From NCBI RefSeq assembly GCF_004010195.1, contig NC_057725.1, positions 71,833,004 to 71,897,003 of the forward strand: DNA of 64,000 nt. Reading direction: 5' to 3'. The notes beneath the pieces are model-generated. The model saw nothing but the letters and a program-made list of their open reading frames with translations, made no database searches and had not been told where the DNA came from. Shown in pieces: positions 12,776 to 25,885 of the stretch (positions are counted from its first letter, which is position 1; every line of letters starts with the position of its first letter). A program made the translations under genes and the position numbers. Origin of the DNA: Chiloscyllium plagiosum (Eukaryota).

Positions 12776-14256
12776 GGAGTCAGTGCAGGGAGCACTCTCT
12801 GTATAAACCAATCATAGGCAGCTCGCATCTTGATCGCAGCCAGGAGGGGTAGCACGGTAATCTGATAAAGGACACAAAGTACCCCAACACGTCATTCCGA
12901 AATGGAGAAGAGAGCACATCTGGCCTGCATTTCACTTCCCCTTGACTGGCCTGCTCCACCTTGCAGTCAGAGACTAAGAGAAGCCTTGAGGAGATTTTGC
13001 TTCTCACTCAGAGTCTGGAACTCCAACCCAGAAATGCTGGTTCACTCAGAGACTCTTGGAACTGGAGAACTCTTCAGATCAGTGCTTTGCGTAGTCGTAG
13101 CCTCTAGGGTATGGGCCAAGAGCTGGGACATAGCGTTAAGAGCATAAGACTATCCGAACTAGGAACAGGACAAGTCCATTTAGCCCCTCGAGCCTGATCT
13201 GCTCTTCATCAGGATCATGCCTGGTTCAGCACTAGATTTGAGAGCTGAAAACTGAACGATGCAGAGATGGGGAGAATGAAATTGTTTTGCAGTGAGGGAT
13301 CCTCGGACAAGAGCTAAAAACAGAGAGGGTGAGTAACAAGCCATCCTATCCCACCGTTCATTTACATATACACACATGCATATATACACACACGTGCATA
13401 AACACACACACACGCACACATGCATATATCCCCCCACCCACCCACACACGCACTCACACACACGGAGATGGAAAAGAACAGTGCGACTCCGCCTGTCTCT
13501 GGGATTTGTACCGCAAAGGGAGAGCTCTGGCCTGGGGAGGGTTGGTAGGGGTAGGGGAATGGAATGAATGTACAGAGCGGTGGAGAGGGTGTAGTGAACA
13601 GAGCACCGTCTGATCCCACAGGTGTCACTCCCTCCATCACTCACTACAGCTCTCAGCTCCATTCCTGTGTTCCAGCTGCCTCTCCCACATCTTTCCTTCA
13701 ATCCTCACCTCTCCCCTACCTTCACATCCCCGCTCTTTTCACATCCTCCTTTCGGTCCCTCCCTACAACTCTCTGCCTGTTTGTCACCTGACCATTACTT
13801 TGCAGGAATGCCTGAGCATTCAATCCTTCCAGAATCAGCATCCCTGCTCCTCTTTCTCTGCATCTTTCTCTCACGCTTGTGGGATCTTGCTGTACTTGTC
13901 TGTAGATCATTATCTGTATCGCAGCAGCACCCCCACTCATCATCTCCGCCTCTCTGTTGTTGAAACTTCTCTGTCTCTCTCTCTCTCCTACATCTCCTGG
14001 GATTTTTTCTTTCTTGCTCTCTGTCTTCGCTTCTGATTTATGTCCTACACCCACGAGCCCCCCCCCCCCCCTACCCCCCTGTTGTACAAACCTACCTAAG
14101 GCCCTACCATTAATTATATCCTACATTCCTCAGGTCCATGAGTTCTAGAACACTACACAAGCCTTAACGTTAATAATAATAGAATTATGTCCAACAAGCC
14201 CAGGTTCGCCTGTTTTAACACTACTACCCAAGACCTTACAATTAATTATAGAAGTA

Positions 14257-14457
14257 TTATTAGATTAGATTACTTACAGTGTGGAAACAGGCCCTTCGGC
14301 CCAACAAGTCCACACCGACCCGCCGAAGCGCAACCCACCCATACCCCTACATTTACCCCTTTAACCTAACACTATGGGCAATATAGCATGGCCAATTCAC
14401 CTGACCTGCACATCTTTGTGACTGTGGGAGGAAACCGGAGCACCCGGAGGAAACCCA
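14257..14457 (-). mobile_element. HE1-like V-SINE, 5'-truncated, inserted in 72-bp satellite
   Basis: Same tail and V-domain as the copies at 977 and 41521. Confidence 0.9.
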
Positions 14458-14565
14458 TTATGTCCTACACACTCGGAAGTCGCCCAGTTCTACAACAGTA
14501 CCCAAGGCCTTATGACCTGTAACCCTGAAATCCATATGTTCTACAACACTATCCAAGGAACACTA

Positions 14566-14597
14566 TCCTGAGGAAGGGCCTGTGCCCGAAACGTCGA
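14566..14597 (+). ncRNA. Minimal type I hammerhead ribozyme motif (family A), core intact
   Basis: TC-CTGAGGA-A-GGGC ctgt GCCC-GAAA-CGTC-GA: CUGANGA and GAAA cores, a 4-bp stem II, a palindromic ACGU stem III and a GUC cleavage triplet. Stem I is only 2 bp. Confidence 0.75.
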
Positions 14598-14693
14598 ATC
14601 TCCTGTTCCCTGGATGCTGCCTGACCTGCTGTGCTGTTCCAGCAATAAAGTTTCAACTTTGATCTCCAGCATCTGCAGACCTCACTTTCTCCT
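14566..14693 (+). mobile_element. ~128-bp PLE-A 3' end beginning at the hammerhead motif
   Basis: CCTGAGGAAGGGCCTGTGCCCGAAACGTCGAATC..GATGCTGCCTGACCTGCTGTGCT..GATCTCCAGCATCTGCAGACCTCACTTTCTCCT, the same 3' terminus as at 24343 and 59223. Confidence 0.85.
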
Positions 14694-17600
14694 CCAACAC
14701 TATCCAAGGCCCTAACAGTAATTATATAAGAATTGTGTCCTACACACACTAGGTCCCTCTGTTCTGTAACACTACCCAAGGCCCTACCAGTAATTATATA
14801 AATATTGGGTCCTAAACCCCCTCGGTCCCTCTGTTCTACTACACTACCCAAGAACCGCCATTAATTATGTAAGAATTATGTCTGACACCCCAGGGCCCCC
14901 TGTTCTACAACACTACCCAAGGCCCCAAAAGTAAGTATATAAGAATTATTTAGTGTACACTCTAGGTTTCCCTGTTCTGCAACACTGCCCAAGGCCCTAC
15001 CATTCGTTATATCAGAATTATGTCATACACCCCCTAGGACCCTCTACACTACAACACTGCACAAGGCCGTATTACAGTACACAAGGTCCTACCATTAATT
15101 ACATAAGACTTATATGCTACACCCCCTAGATCCCCATGTTCTACAACACTATCCAAGGCCCTAACATTAATTATATAAGAAGTATATCCGACATCTCCCA
15201 GGTCCCTCTGTTTTACAACAGTACACAAGGTCCGACCATTTTGATTTTAAGAATTATGTCCTGCACCCCTAGGTCCCTCTGTTCTACAACACTAGCAAAG
15301 GTCTTAATATTAATTATAGAAGTATTATGTCTGGCATCCCCAGGCCCCCTTATTCCCAACACTACCCAAGGCCCTGCTATTAATTATATAAAAATTATGT
15401 CCTACATCCCCTAGGTCCCCCTGTTCCACAACACTACCCAAGGCCCTACCATTAATTATATAAGAATTATGTCCTACACCCCCTCGGACCCTGTGTCCTG
15501 CAACACTACCCAAGGTCCTAATATTAATTATATAAGAATCAGGCCATACACACCCGAGTTCTCTGTGTTCACAACAATACCCAATACCCTTGCATTAATT
15601 ATATAAGATTTATGTCCTACACCGCCAAGGTCCCTTTTAAGTGCAACACTACACAACATCCTGCCATTAATTATTTAAGAATTATGTCCTACACCCCCTG
15701 GGTCCTTCTGTTCTACAACACTATGCAACGCCCTACCATTAGTTGTATATAATTTATGTCCTACACCCCCTAGGTCCCCTGTTTTACATCACCACCCAAA
15801 GCCCCACTATTAATTATATAAGAATTATGGCCTACAATCCATAGGTCCCTCTGTTCTACAAGACTATCCAAGGTCCTACCATGAATTTACATAAGTATAA
15901 TATCCTACAGACCCTTGGTCCCTCTGTTCCACAACACTACACAAGATCTTACCATTTATTACATAAGAATTATGTCCTACGCGCCCCTACTCTACAACAC
16001 CATCCAAATCCCGACCATTAATTATATAACAATCATGTTCTACAACCCTAAGTTTCGCCTGTTCAACAACACTAGCCAAGGCACGACCATTAATTATAGA
16101 AGAATTATGTCATACACCCCATGGATCACCCTGTTCTACAATACTAGCCAAGGCACGACAATTAGAAATATAAGAATTATGTCCTACATGCCGAGGTCTC
16201 ACTTTTCAACAACACTACTCAAGGCCCAACTATTAGTAATGGACGAATTATGCCGTGCATCCCTTATGTCTGCATATTCAACCATACTACCCAAGGCCCT
16301 ACCATTAATTATGTAAGTAATATGTCTTACACCCCCTAGGTCCCTCTGTTCTACAACACTACCCAAGGCCCTATCATTAACTTTTTTAAGTATTATGTCC
16401 TACACCCCCTAAGTCCCTCTGTTCTACAGCACTATTAATTTCCTATCAATAATTATATATAAGAATCATGTCGTACCCCCCTAGGTGTTCTACAACAACT
16501 ACCCAAAGTCCTACCATTAATTATATAAGAATTATGACGTACACCCCCGAGGTACCTGTGTTCTACTACAGTACACAAGGTTCTACCATTAATTATATAA
16601 GAAATAGGTCTAACACTCCCTATGTTCCACTGTTCTACAACAGGACGCAAGGCCCTACCATTAATTATGTAATAATGATGTCCTACACGCCCGACGTACC
16701 TGTGTTCGACTACACTACCGAAAGCCCTACCATTAATTCTATAATAATTATGTCTTACACCCACAGGGTTCGTCTGTTCAACAATACTACTCTCCGCCCG
16801 ACCATTAATTATATAAGAATTATGTATTACACCCTATAGATCACCCTGTTCTATAACACTACTCAAGGCCCCCACATTAATATGCAGCAAATAGATCCGA
16901 AACCCCCTAGGTCCCTCTGCTCTACTACGCTACCCAAGGCCCTACCATTAATTATGTGAGACTTATATCTTACAACCCCTCAATCCCGGTGTTCTACAAC
17001 ACTACCCAAGGCCCTACCATTAATTATATAAGAATTGTATCCTAACACTCTAGGTATCTGTGTTCTGCAACACTACCCAAGGCCCTACCATGGATTATAT
17101 AACAATGATGTCCTACATCCGTTAAGTCCCTCTGTTCTACAACAATACCCAAAGACCTACCATTAATTAAAAAGAATTATGTTCAACACCCCTGAGGTCC
17201 CTATGTTCTACAACACTACCAAAGGTCCTACCATTAATTATTCAAGAAATATGTCCTACACACTCTAGGTCACTCTGTTCGGCATCCCTACCCAAGTCCC
17301 TCCCATTAATTATATAAAAAATTATGGTCAGCTCCCCTTAAGTCCCTCTGTTCTACAACACTACCGAAGGCCCAACCATTAATTATATAAGAATTATGTC
17401 CTACCCCCCTTATGCCTCTCTCTGTTCTGTAACAATACCCATGGCCCTACAATTAATTGTACTTGAATTATATCCTACATTCCTTATGTTCCCCTCTTCT
17501 ACAATACCACCCAATGCCCTACTATTCGTTATGACACAATTATATCCTATACCCCCTGGTTTCCTGTGTCCTACAACACTACCCAAGGCCCTACCATTAA

Positions 17601-20600
17601 TTATATAATAATTATGTCCTATATCCCCTTTAATTATATATGAATTGTGTCCTACACCGCCTAGTTCCCTCTCTTCTGCAATACTATCGAAGGCCAGTGC
17701 ATGAATCATTTAAGAATTATGTCCTACACCCCCTAAGTCCCTCTGACTACAACATACCAAGGCAGTCCTATTAATTGGATAAGAATAATTTCCAACATCC
17801 CCTATATTTCCCGTTCTACAACACTACACATGGCACCAAACATTAATTGCATCAGAATTATATCCCACACTCCCTGGGTTCCCGTGTTCTACAACACTAC
17901 GCAAGCTGTAGCATTAATTATACAAGAATTACGTCCTATAGCCCCTAGGTCTCCCCGTTCTACAACACTACCCAAGGTCCTGCCATTAATTATATAAGAA
18001 TTATGTCTACACCCGCATGGTCCCTCTGTTCTACAACAATACCCAAAGCCCTACCATTAATTATATACGGATTATGTCCTACACCCCCAAGGTCCCGCTG
18101 TTCTACAACACGACCTAATGCCCTAACATTAACTATATAAGAATTATGGCCTACAGCCCTGTCGTCTCTCTGATCGACAACCCATGACACAAATATTAAT
18201 TATATAACAATTATGTCCTACAACCCCGAGGTGCCCCTGTTCAATAACACTACCCAAGGCTCTACCATTAATTATATAAGAATTATGTCTCACACACCCA
18301 ATGTCCCTCTGTTCTACCACACTACCCAAACCCTACCTTTAATTATATTAGAATTATTCCTACAACCCCTAGGTCCCTCTGTTCTTCAAAATTATACAAG
18401 CCCCTACCTTTAATTAAATAAGAATTGTGCCCTAAACCCCCAATGTCCCGCTGTTCTACAACTCCGTCCAAGTCCCTACCATTAATTAAAACACATATGT
18501 CCTAGGCCTCTATGTTCTACAACACTACCAAAGGTCCTAATATTAATTATATAAGAATTATGTTCAACTTCCCTTAGGTCTCTGTCTGTTCTGCAACACT
18601 ACCCAAGGCCCTACCATTAAATATAAGAATTATGTCCTACACCCTCAAGGTCTCCTGTTCTACAACACTATCCACTATTCTGACATAATTAATGGTAGGA
18701 CCTTGTGTGGTGTTATAGAACATGCGAACATAAGGAATGTCGGATATAATTCTAATATAATTAATTGTAGGGCCTTGGGTAGTGCTGCAGAATAGATGGA
18801 GACCTAAGGGAAGTTGACCATAATTCCCCTGTGTCCCACTGTTCTACAATACTAGCCAAGGTTCAACAATTAATCATACAAGAATTATATCCTACACGCC
18901 GAGGTCTCACTTTTCGACAACACTACCCAAGGCCTGGGTTTTAATTATGGAAGAATGACGTCCTACACCCCAGGGTCCCTCAGTTCTTCAACACTACCCA
19001 AGACTCTACCTTTAATTATATAAGAGTTATGCTCTACACCCCCTAGGTCTGCATGTTCAATAACACTACCCAGGGCCCTACCATTAATGATATAAGAATT
19101 ATGTCCAACATATCCCAGGTTCCTCTGTTCTGCGACACTACCCAAGGCCTAACCGTTAATTATATAAGAATTATGTCCAACATATCCCAGATCCCTCTAT
19201 TCTGCAACACTACCCAACCATTCATTATACAAGAATCATCTCCTAAACCCCCTAGACCTATGTGTATGCAACACTACCGAAGGTCCTACCATTAGTTATA
19301 CAAGAAATATGCCCTAGACTCTCTAGGTCGCTCTGTTCTGCAAAACCACCCAGGGCCCTACCATTAATTAAATAAGAATTCTTTCCTTCACCCCCCAGGT
19401 CCCCCTGCTCTCCACATCACCCAAGGCCCGACCATTAATTATATAAGAATTATGCCCAACAAACCCCAGGTCTCTCTGTTCTACAATACTACTCAAGGTC
19501 TGACCACTAATTATATAAGAATTATGGTCTGCACCCACAAATTCCTTATGGTCTGCAACACTACTCAAGGCCCTACCACTAATTATTTAAGAATTATGTC
19601 CTACACCCCCAAGGTCCCTCTGGTCTCCAACTGTACCCTCGGCCCCACCATTAATTATATAAGAATTATGTCCAAACCCCCTTAGGTCCCCCTGATGTAC
19701 TACACCACGCCAGGCCCTATCAGTAATTATACAATAATTATGCCCGACATCCCGTACGTCTCTCTCTGTTCTGCAGCACTATCCAAGGCCCTACCATTAG
19801 TGACATAAGACTTATTTCCTACACACCCCATGTCACTCTGTTCTACAACACTACCAAAGGTCCTACAAGATATATGCCCTACACCATCTAGTCCCCCTGT
19901 TCTGCAACAGTACCCAAAGCCCTACCATTAATTATATAAGAATCATGTCCAACATCCTCTTGGTCCCTCTGTTCTACAATGCTACCGAAGGCCCAACCAT
20001 TAATTATATAAGAATTTTGACCAAAACCCCTACAACTCTCTCTGTTCCGCAACACTACCCAAGGCCCTACATTTAATTATAACAGAATTATATCCTACAT
20101 TAATTCTATTTCCCTGATCTACAAAACTACCCAAGGACCTTTCATTAATTATATAAGAATAATGTCCTCCACGCCCTAGATCTCGTTGTTCTGCAACATT
20201 ACCCAAGGCCTATGATGCGTTATATCAGAATTATGTCCAACACCCCCTCAGTCCCTATATTCTACAACACTACCAAAGGTCAAACCATTAATTATATAAG
20301 AATTATGTTGAACTCCCCTAAGGTCTCTCTTTGTTTTGCATCGCTACACAAGGCCAGAATTTTATGTCAGAATTTTCTCCTACACCCCCTAAGTCCGCGG
20401 ATCCACAACACTATCCAAGATCCTACCATTAATTATAAAAGAATTATGCCCTACACTCCTTAGGGCCCTGTGTTCAGCAACACTACCCAAGCTCCTACCT
20501 TAATTATATAAGAATTATGTACTACAACCCCTGGGTCCCACTGTTCTACCAAACTAGCCAAGGTCCAACAATTAATTTTATAAGAATTATAAGCTACACA

Positions 20601-21458
20601 CCGAGGTCTCATTTTTCGGCAACACTACGCTAGGACTGAATATTAATTATGGAAGAATCATGCTCTATATCCCCTAGGTCCGCATGTTCAACAACACTAC
20701 CTAGGGCCTTACCATTAATGATAAACAATTATGCCCTACACACCACAGGTCCCTCTGCTCTGCAACACTACCCAATGCCCAACCGTTAATTATATAAGAA
20801 TTATGTCCTTTGCCCCCAGTTCCCTCTGTTCTACAACACTACCAAGGCCCAACCATTAATTACATAAGAATTATGTCCTATATCTTCCAGGTCGATGTGT
20901 TCTACAACACTACCGAAGGTCCTATCATTAATTCTACAAGAAATATGCCCTATACCCTCTAGCTCGCTCTGTTCTGCAAAACTACCCAAGGCCCTACTAT
21001 TAATTATATATGTTAATCCCTAAGTCCCTGTGGTCTATAACACTATGCAAGCCCTACCATTAATTGTACAAAAATTATGTTCAACAATCCCTGGGTCCCC
21101 TTGTTCTACAACACTACCCAAGGTCCTGCCATTAATTAGACAATAATTATATCCCACACCACCAAGATCCCTGTGTTCAGCAACACTACCCACGACCCTA
21201 TTAATAAATCTATAAGAATTGTATTTTGCAGCCCGTCGGTCCCTCTGTTCTACAACACGACCCACGGACCTACCATTAATTAAATAAGAATTCTGTCCTT
21301 CACCCCCTAGGCCCCCCTGCTCTTCACAGCACACAAGGCCCGACCATTAATGATATAAGAATTATGGCCAAAACACCGCAGGTCGCTCCTTTCTACAACA
21401 CGTCTCAAGGCCTGACCACTAATTATATTAGAATTATGACTGTAACCCCAGATTTCTT

Positions 21459-21670
21459 CCTGAATAGAATGGTGCTGCAAAAGCACAGCAGTTCAGGCAG
21501 CATACGAGGAGCTGGAAAATCGACGTTTCGGCCAAAAGCCCTTCATCAGGAGTACAGATGAACGGCTTTTGCCTGAAACGTCAATTTTCCTGCTGCCTGA
21601 ACTGCTGTGCTTTTCCAGCACCACTCTATTCCGGAATTTGGTTTCCAGCATCTGCAGTCATTGTTTTTAC
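21459..21670. mobile_element. Fold-back PLE-A mini-element with two divergent hammerhead motifs, 13-bp TSD
   Basis: Minus motif at 21520-21551 (TCCTGATGAAGGGCTTTTGGCCGAAACGTCGA) and a decayed plus motif at ~21555-21584. The arms are inverted repeats. TSD CCCCAGATTTCTT (21446-21458) / CCCCAAATTTCTT (21671-21683). Confidence 0.85.
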
Positions 21671-24199
21671 CCCCAAATTTCTTGTGTTCTACAACAGTAC
21701 CCAAGGCCCCACCATTAATTATTTAAGAATTATGTCCTACACCCACAAGATCCCTCTGAGGTATGAAACCACGGAAGGCCCTACCAGCAATTATATAAGA
21801 ATTATGTCCTACATCCTCTACGTCTCTCTTTGTTCTGCAATACTATCCAAGACCCTATCATTAATGATATAAGAAATGTATCTTACACACCCCAGGTCAC
21901 TGTGTTCTACAAAACTACAGAGAGTCCTACAAGAAATATGTCCTACACCCTCTTGTTCCCCCGGTTCTGCAACACTACCCAAGGTCCTACCATTAATTAT
22001 ATAGGAATTATGTGCAACATCGCCTTAGTCCCTCTGTTCTTCAACACTACCGAAGGCCCAACCATTAATAATGTAGGGATTATGACCTATACCCCTTACA
22101 TCTCTCTCTGTTCTGCAACACTACCCAAGGCCCTACAGTTACTTATACTGGAATTATGTCCTACATTCATTCTGTTTCCCTGATCTACAACACTACCCAA
22201 GGCCCTTCCATTAATTATATAAGAATTATGGCCTCCACCCCTTAGATCTGTTATGCAACATTACACAAGGCCTTACCATTAATTGTAGAAGAATTATGTC
22301 CTATATCCCCTCGGTCCCTCTGTTCAACTGCCCAAGGACCTACCATTAATTATATAAGACATATGAACTATGCCCATTTGGTCCCTGCATTCTCCAACAC
22401 TATCCAGGGCCCTACCATTAATTATATAAGAATTGTGTCCTACAACCTCTCGGTCCTGTGATCTGCAATACTACCGAAGGCCCTACCATTAATTACATAA
22501 GATTTATGTCCTACAACCCCTAGATCCCTCTGAACTACAACACTACTCGTGGCCTGACCATCAATTATATAAGAATTATGTTCTGCGCTCCCGTGGTCGC
22601 CTTTTCCACAACATTACCTAAGGCCCTATCATTAATTATATAAGAATTATATCCAACATACCCCAGGTCTCTCTGTTCTAGAACACTACCCAAGGCCGGA
22701 CAATTAATTATATGAGAGTTATGTCCTACAACCCGTAGTTTGCCTGTACTACAACACTACCCAAGTCCTAATATTAACTATATAACAATTATGTCCTACA
22801 ACCCCTGGGTCCCTCTGTTCTCCGACAGTACACAAGGCCCGGCCATTAATTATGTAAGCATGATGTGCTACTCCCCCTAGCTCCCGCGGTTCTACAATAC
22901 TAGCCAATGCCCTACAATAAAATATGTAAGAATTATGTCCTACAACCTAGGTCCCCATGCTCTCCAAAACTAGCGAAGGCCCTGCAATTAATTATATAAC
23001 AGTTATTTCCTATACCCGAGGTCCCTCTGTTGGACAACACTATCCATGGCCCCAGCATTAATTAAATGAGAATTATGTCGTACACCCCCTAGGACACTGT
23101 GTTCGGCAACACCAAGGTCCGACCATTAATTATATAAGAATTATATCCTTCACCCTCTAGGTCCCTGTGTTCTACCACACTACCGAATGTCCTTCCGTTA
23201 ATTATATAAGAATTATGTCCTACACCATTTACTTCTCTCTTTTCTGCAACACGACCCAAGGCCCTACCATTAATTATAACATAATTATACCCTACATTCT
23301 TTATCTTCCACTGTTCTGCAACACTACTTAAGGCCCTTCCATTAATCATGTTAGAACGATGACAGTGTCTCACGGATACTTTATTCCCAACACTATTATT
23401 GATATTAATAAAGTACAATGCTTTGTAATGATCACTGATACAGTAAATTGTCAGACAATATCAAATACAATCACGCAAAGTCTGGTAATTTCTGCAGTAT
23501 TTGTATTTTAGTTTGGATTCCTCAGTCACAGACAATCGTTCCACTCCTGAATCTCCCAGGTTATTACAAGCCACGTTCAGAATTATCAGTGAGAGGTCTT
23601 TACGGACAGCAGAGGCGAGATCATCAGTGCAAGAATCTGAGAGGTTACTAGCGTTTAGGCTGGGGACGAAAGACAGAAGAAAACTGGATAATGGGTAGAA
23701 GGTGAAACAGACCAGGTATGAAATTGGATTTTTGATGAAGTGCTTATACCTGAAACGTCGATGCTCCTGCTCCTCGGATGTTCTACAACACTAACCAAGG
23801 CCCTAACACTAATTATAGAATAGATATGTCCTAAACCTCCTAGGTCTCTCTGTTCTACTACACTACCCCAAGGCCCTACTATTAATTCTGTCAGAATTAT
23901 GTCCTAAAAGCTCCGGTCCCTCCGTTCTACCACACTACCCAATGCCCTACCGTTAATTATGTGAGATTCATGTTCGACAACTCCAGGTCCCTCTACTCTA
24001 CAACACTACCCAATGCCCTACCATTAATTTTATACGCAAAACAACCTACACCCCCGGGACGCCCTTTTCGACAACACGACCTAAGGCCCAATCACTAATT
24101 AGAACGAGTTATGCCCTACCTTTCGTTATGTAACAATTATATCCTCACTGTCTAGGACCCCCTATTCTACAACACTACCCAAGGCACTACAATAAATTA

Positions 24200-24343
24200 G
24201 CGCTTAAAATGTGTTGCTGGAAAAGCGCAGCAGGTCAGGCAGCATGCAAGGAGCAGGAGAATCGACGTTTCGGGCATGCTGCGCTTTTCCAGCAACACAT
24301 TTTCAGCTCTGATTTCCAGCATCTACAGTCCTCACTTTCTCCT
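24200..24343. mobile_element. Fold-back PLE-A mini-element, 14-bp TSD
   Basis: AAAATGTGTTGCTGGAAAAGCGCAGCA.. is inverted against ..TGCTGCGCTTTTCCAGCAACACATTTT. TSD ACTACAATAAATTA (24186-24199) / ACTACAATTAATTA (24344-24357). Confidence 0.85.
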
Positions 24344-24414
24344 ACTACAATTAATTATATGAGAAATATGTCTCACACCCCCACGTCCCCCTGTTCTACA
24401 ACACTACCCAAGGT

Positions 24415-25216
24415 CAAGATTAGATGGTGCTAGAAAAGCACAGCAGGCCAGGCAGAATCAAAGGAGCAAGAAAATCGATGTTTCGGACAAAAGCGCTCCA
24501 TCATGAATGAGGCAGGGATCCTCCGGGGTGGAGAGATAAATGGGAGGTGGGTAAGGCTGGGGAGAAGATAGCTAAGAGTACAATAGATGGATGGAAGTGG
24601 TGATGAAGGTGATAGCTCAGAGAGGAGTGTGGAACAGATAGGTGGCAAGGAAGATTGGCAGGTAGGACAAGTCATAAGGGTGGTGCTGAGCTGGAAGTTT
24701 GGAACTGGAGTAAGGTGGGGGAGGGAAAATGAGGAAACTGGTGAAGTCCACATTATGCCCTTGGGTTGAAGTGTTCCGAGGCTGAATATGAGGCATTCAT
24801 CCTCCAGGCGTCGGGTGGTAAGTGGCGGTGGAAGAGGCCCAGGATCTGCACGTACTCGGCAGAGTAGGAAGGGGAGTTGAAATGTTCGGCAACAGGGCGG
24901 TGGAGTTGATGGGTGCAGGTGTCTCGGAGATGTTCCCTAAAGCGCTCTGTAGGAGGAGACCACATCGGGAGCAATGGATACAATAAATAATGTGTGAAAG
25001 TGCAGGTGAAATTTTGATGGATGTGGAAGGTTCCTTTGGGGCCTTGGATGGAGGTGAGGGGGAGGTGTGGGCACAGCTTTTGCAATTTCTGCAGTGGCAG
25101 AGGAAGGTGCCAGGACGGGAGCGTGAGCTGTAATGGGACGTGGACCTGACCAGGTAGTCATGGAGGGAACAGTCTTTGCGGAAAGCAGATAGGCGTGGGG
25201 AGGAAAATATATCCCT
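24415..25216 (-). mobile_element. Penelope-like retroelement (family A), 5'-truncated: GIY-YIG endonuclease remnant plus terminal repeat
   Basis: Minus peptides LSAFRKDCSLHDYLVRS, GTFLCHCRNCKSCAH, SIQGPKGTFHIHQNFTC, IIYCIHCSRCGLL, ERFREHLRD and PVAEHFNSPS. Decayed hammerhead at ~24475-24506. Confidence 0.88.
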
Positions 25217-25237
25217 GTAAACTGTAACACTACTCAA

Positions 25238-25885
25238 TGAAGATTCACGTCCCCTCAAGTGGGGCCTCTTGGTTCAAGATCGGTCAAAGGAATCGATAAA
25301 TGCGGTCTATTCAAAAAACAAGGTTCATTAATTTATTGAATTAAGGTACCTTGATGCAATTCTATCGAGCAACACAGAGATTGAAGCTTCTGTGTTCTGT
25401 GATGCAGTTGCACAATTACGTTTGAAAATTACACATGATTTATATGTTTCTTGAAGAATTAGTACAGTCTTAATTACAAGAAAGACCAATCACATATAAT
25501 AAGGTGTCATTATTTACAGCAAGTTAATCCAATGATACTTCCTGGGAAAGGGTCTTAATTACTAGAAAGGTTCAATCAACCGTAACAAAGTGACATTATT
25601 GATGACAGGCTAATCCAATGGTATTCTACGCTAAAAAGATATCTTATTTACATCAATTGTCATGTCATGTATTGGTTCAAGGTTCGGTCAAATGGTCAAT
25701 TAATGTGTCAGTATTCAGCTATTGAAAACTCTAATGTCCTCTTATCTTTGAACTGTAACTTAATTTGGTTAAATCAGCAGTATGATTCACAGGCCATTTT
25801 ATAGTATTCTTTTAAATCGAGAAACCATTTTGTTAGATTAAAAATCTACATATTTTGTTGCCTAAATTCAAATTTTAGCTCCTCA
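25238..25885 (-). mobile_element. Solo LTR (TG...CA) inserted in 72-bp satellite
   Basis: Starts TGAAGAT and ends ..TTTTAGCTCCTCA, with flanks CTCAA/CCCAA. Homologous throughout to 53510-54090. Strand is inferred only from a minus-strand AATAAA. Confidence 0.75.

Noticed and set aside
13198..13215. Minus-strand CCTGATGAAGAGC resembling a hammerhead 5' core
   Set aside because: No matching stem II 3' strand or GAAA follows. It lies in a decayed LINE-tail-like sequence.
13180..14150. Cluster of overlapping ORFs up to 173 aa
   Set aside because: Low-complexity CA/CT-rich sequence on both strands with no recognisable domain.
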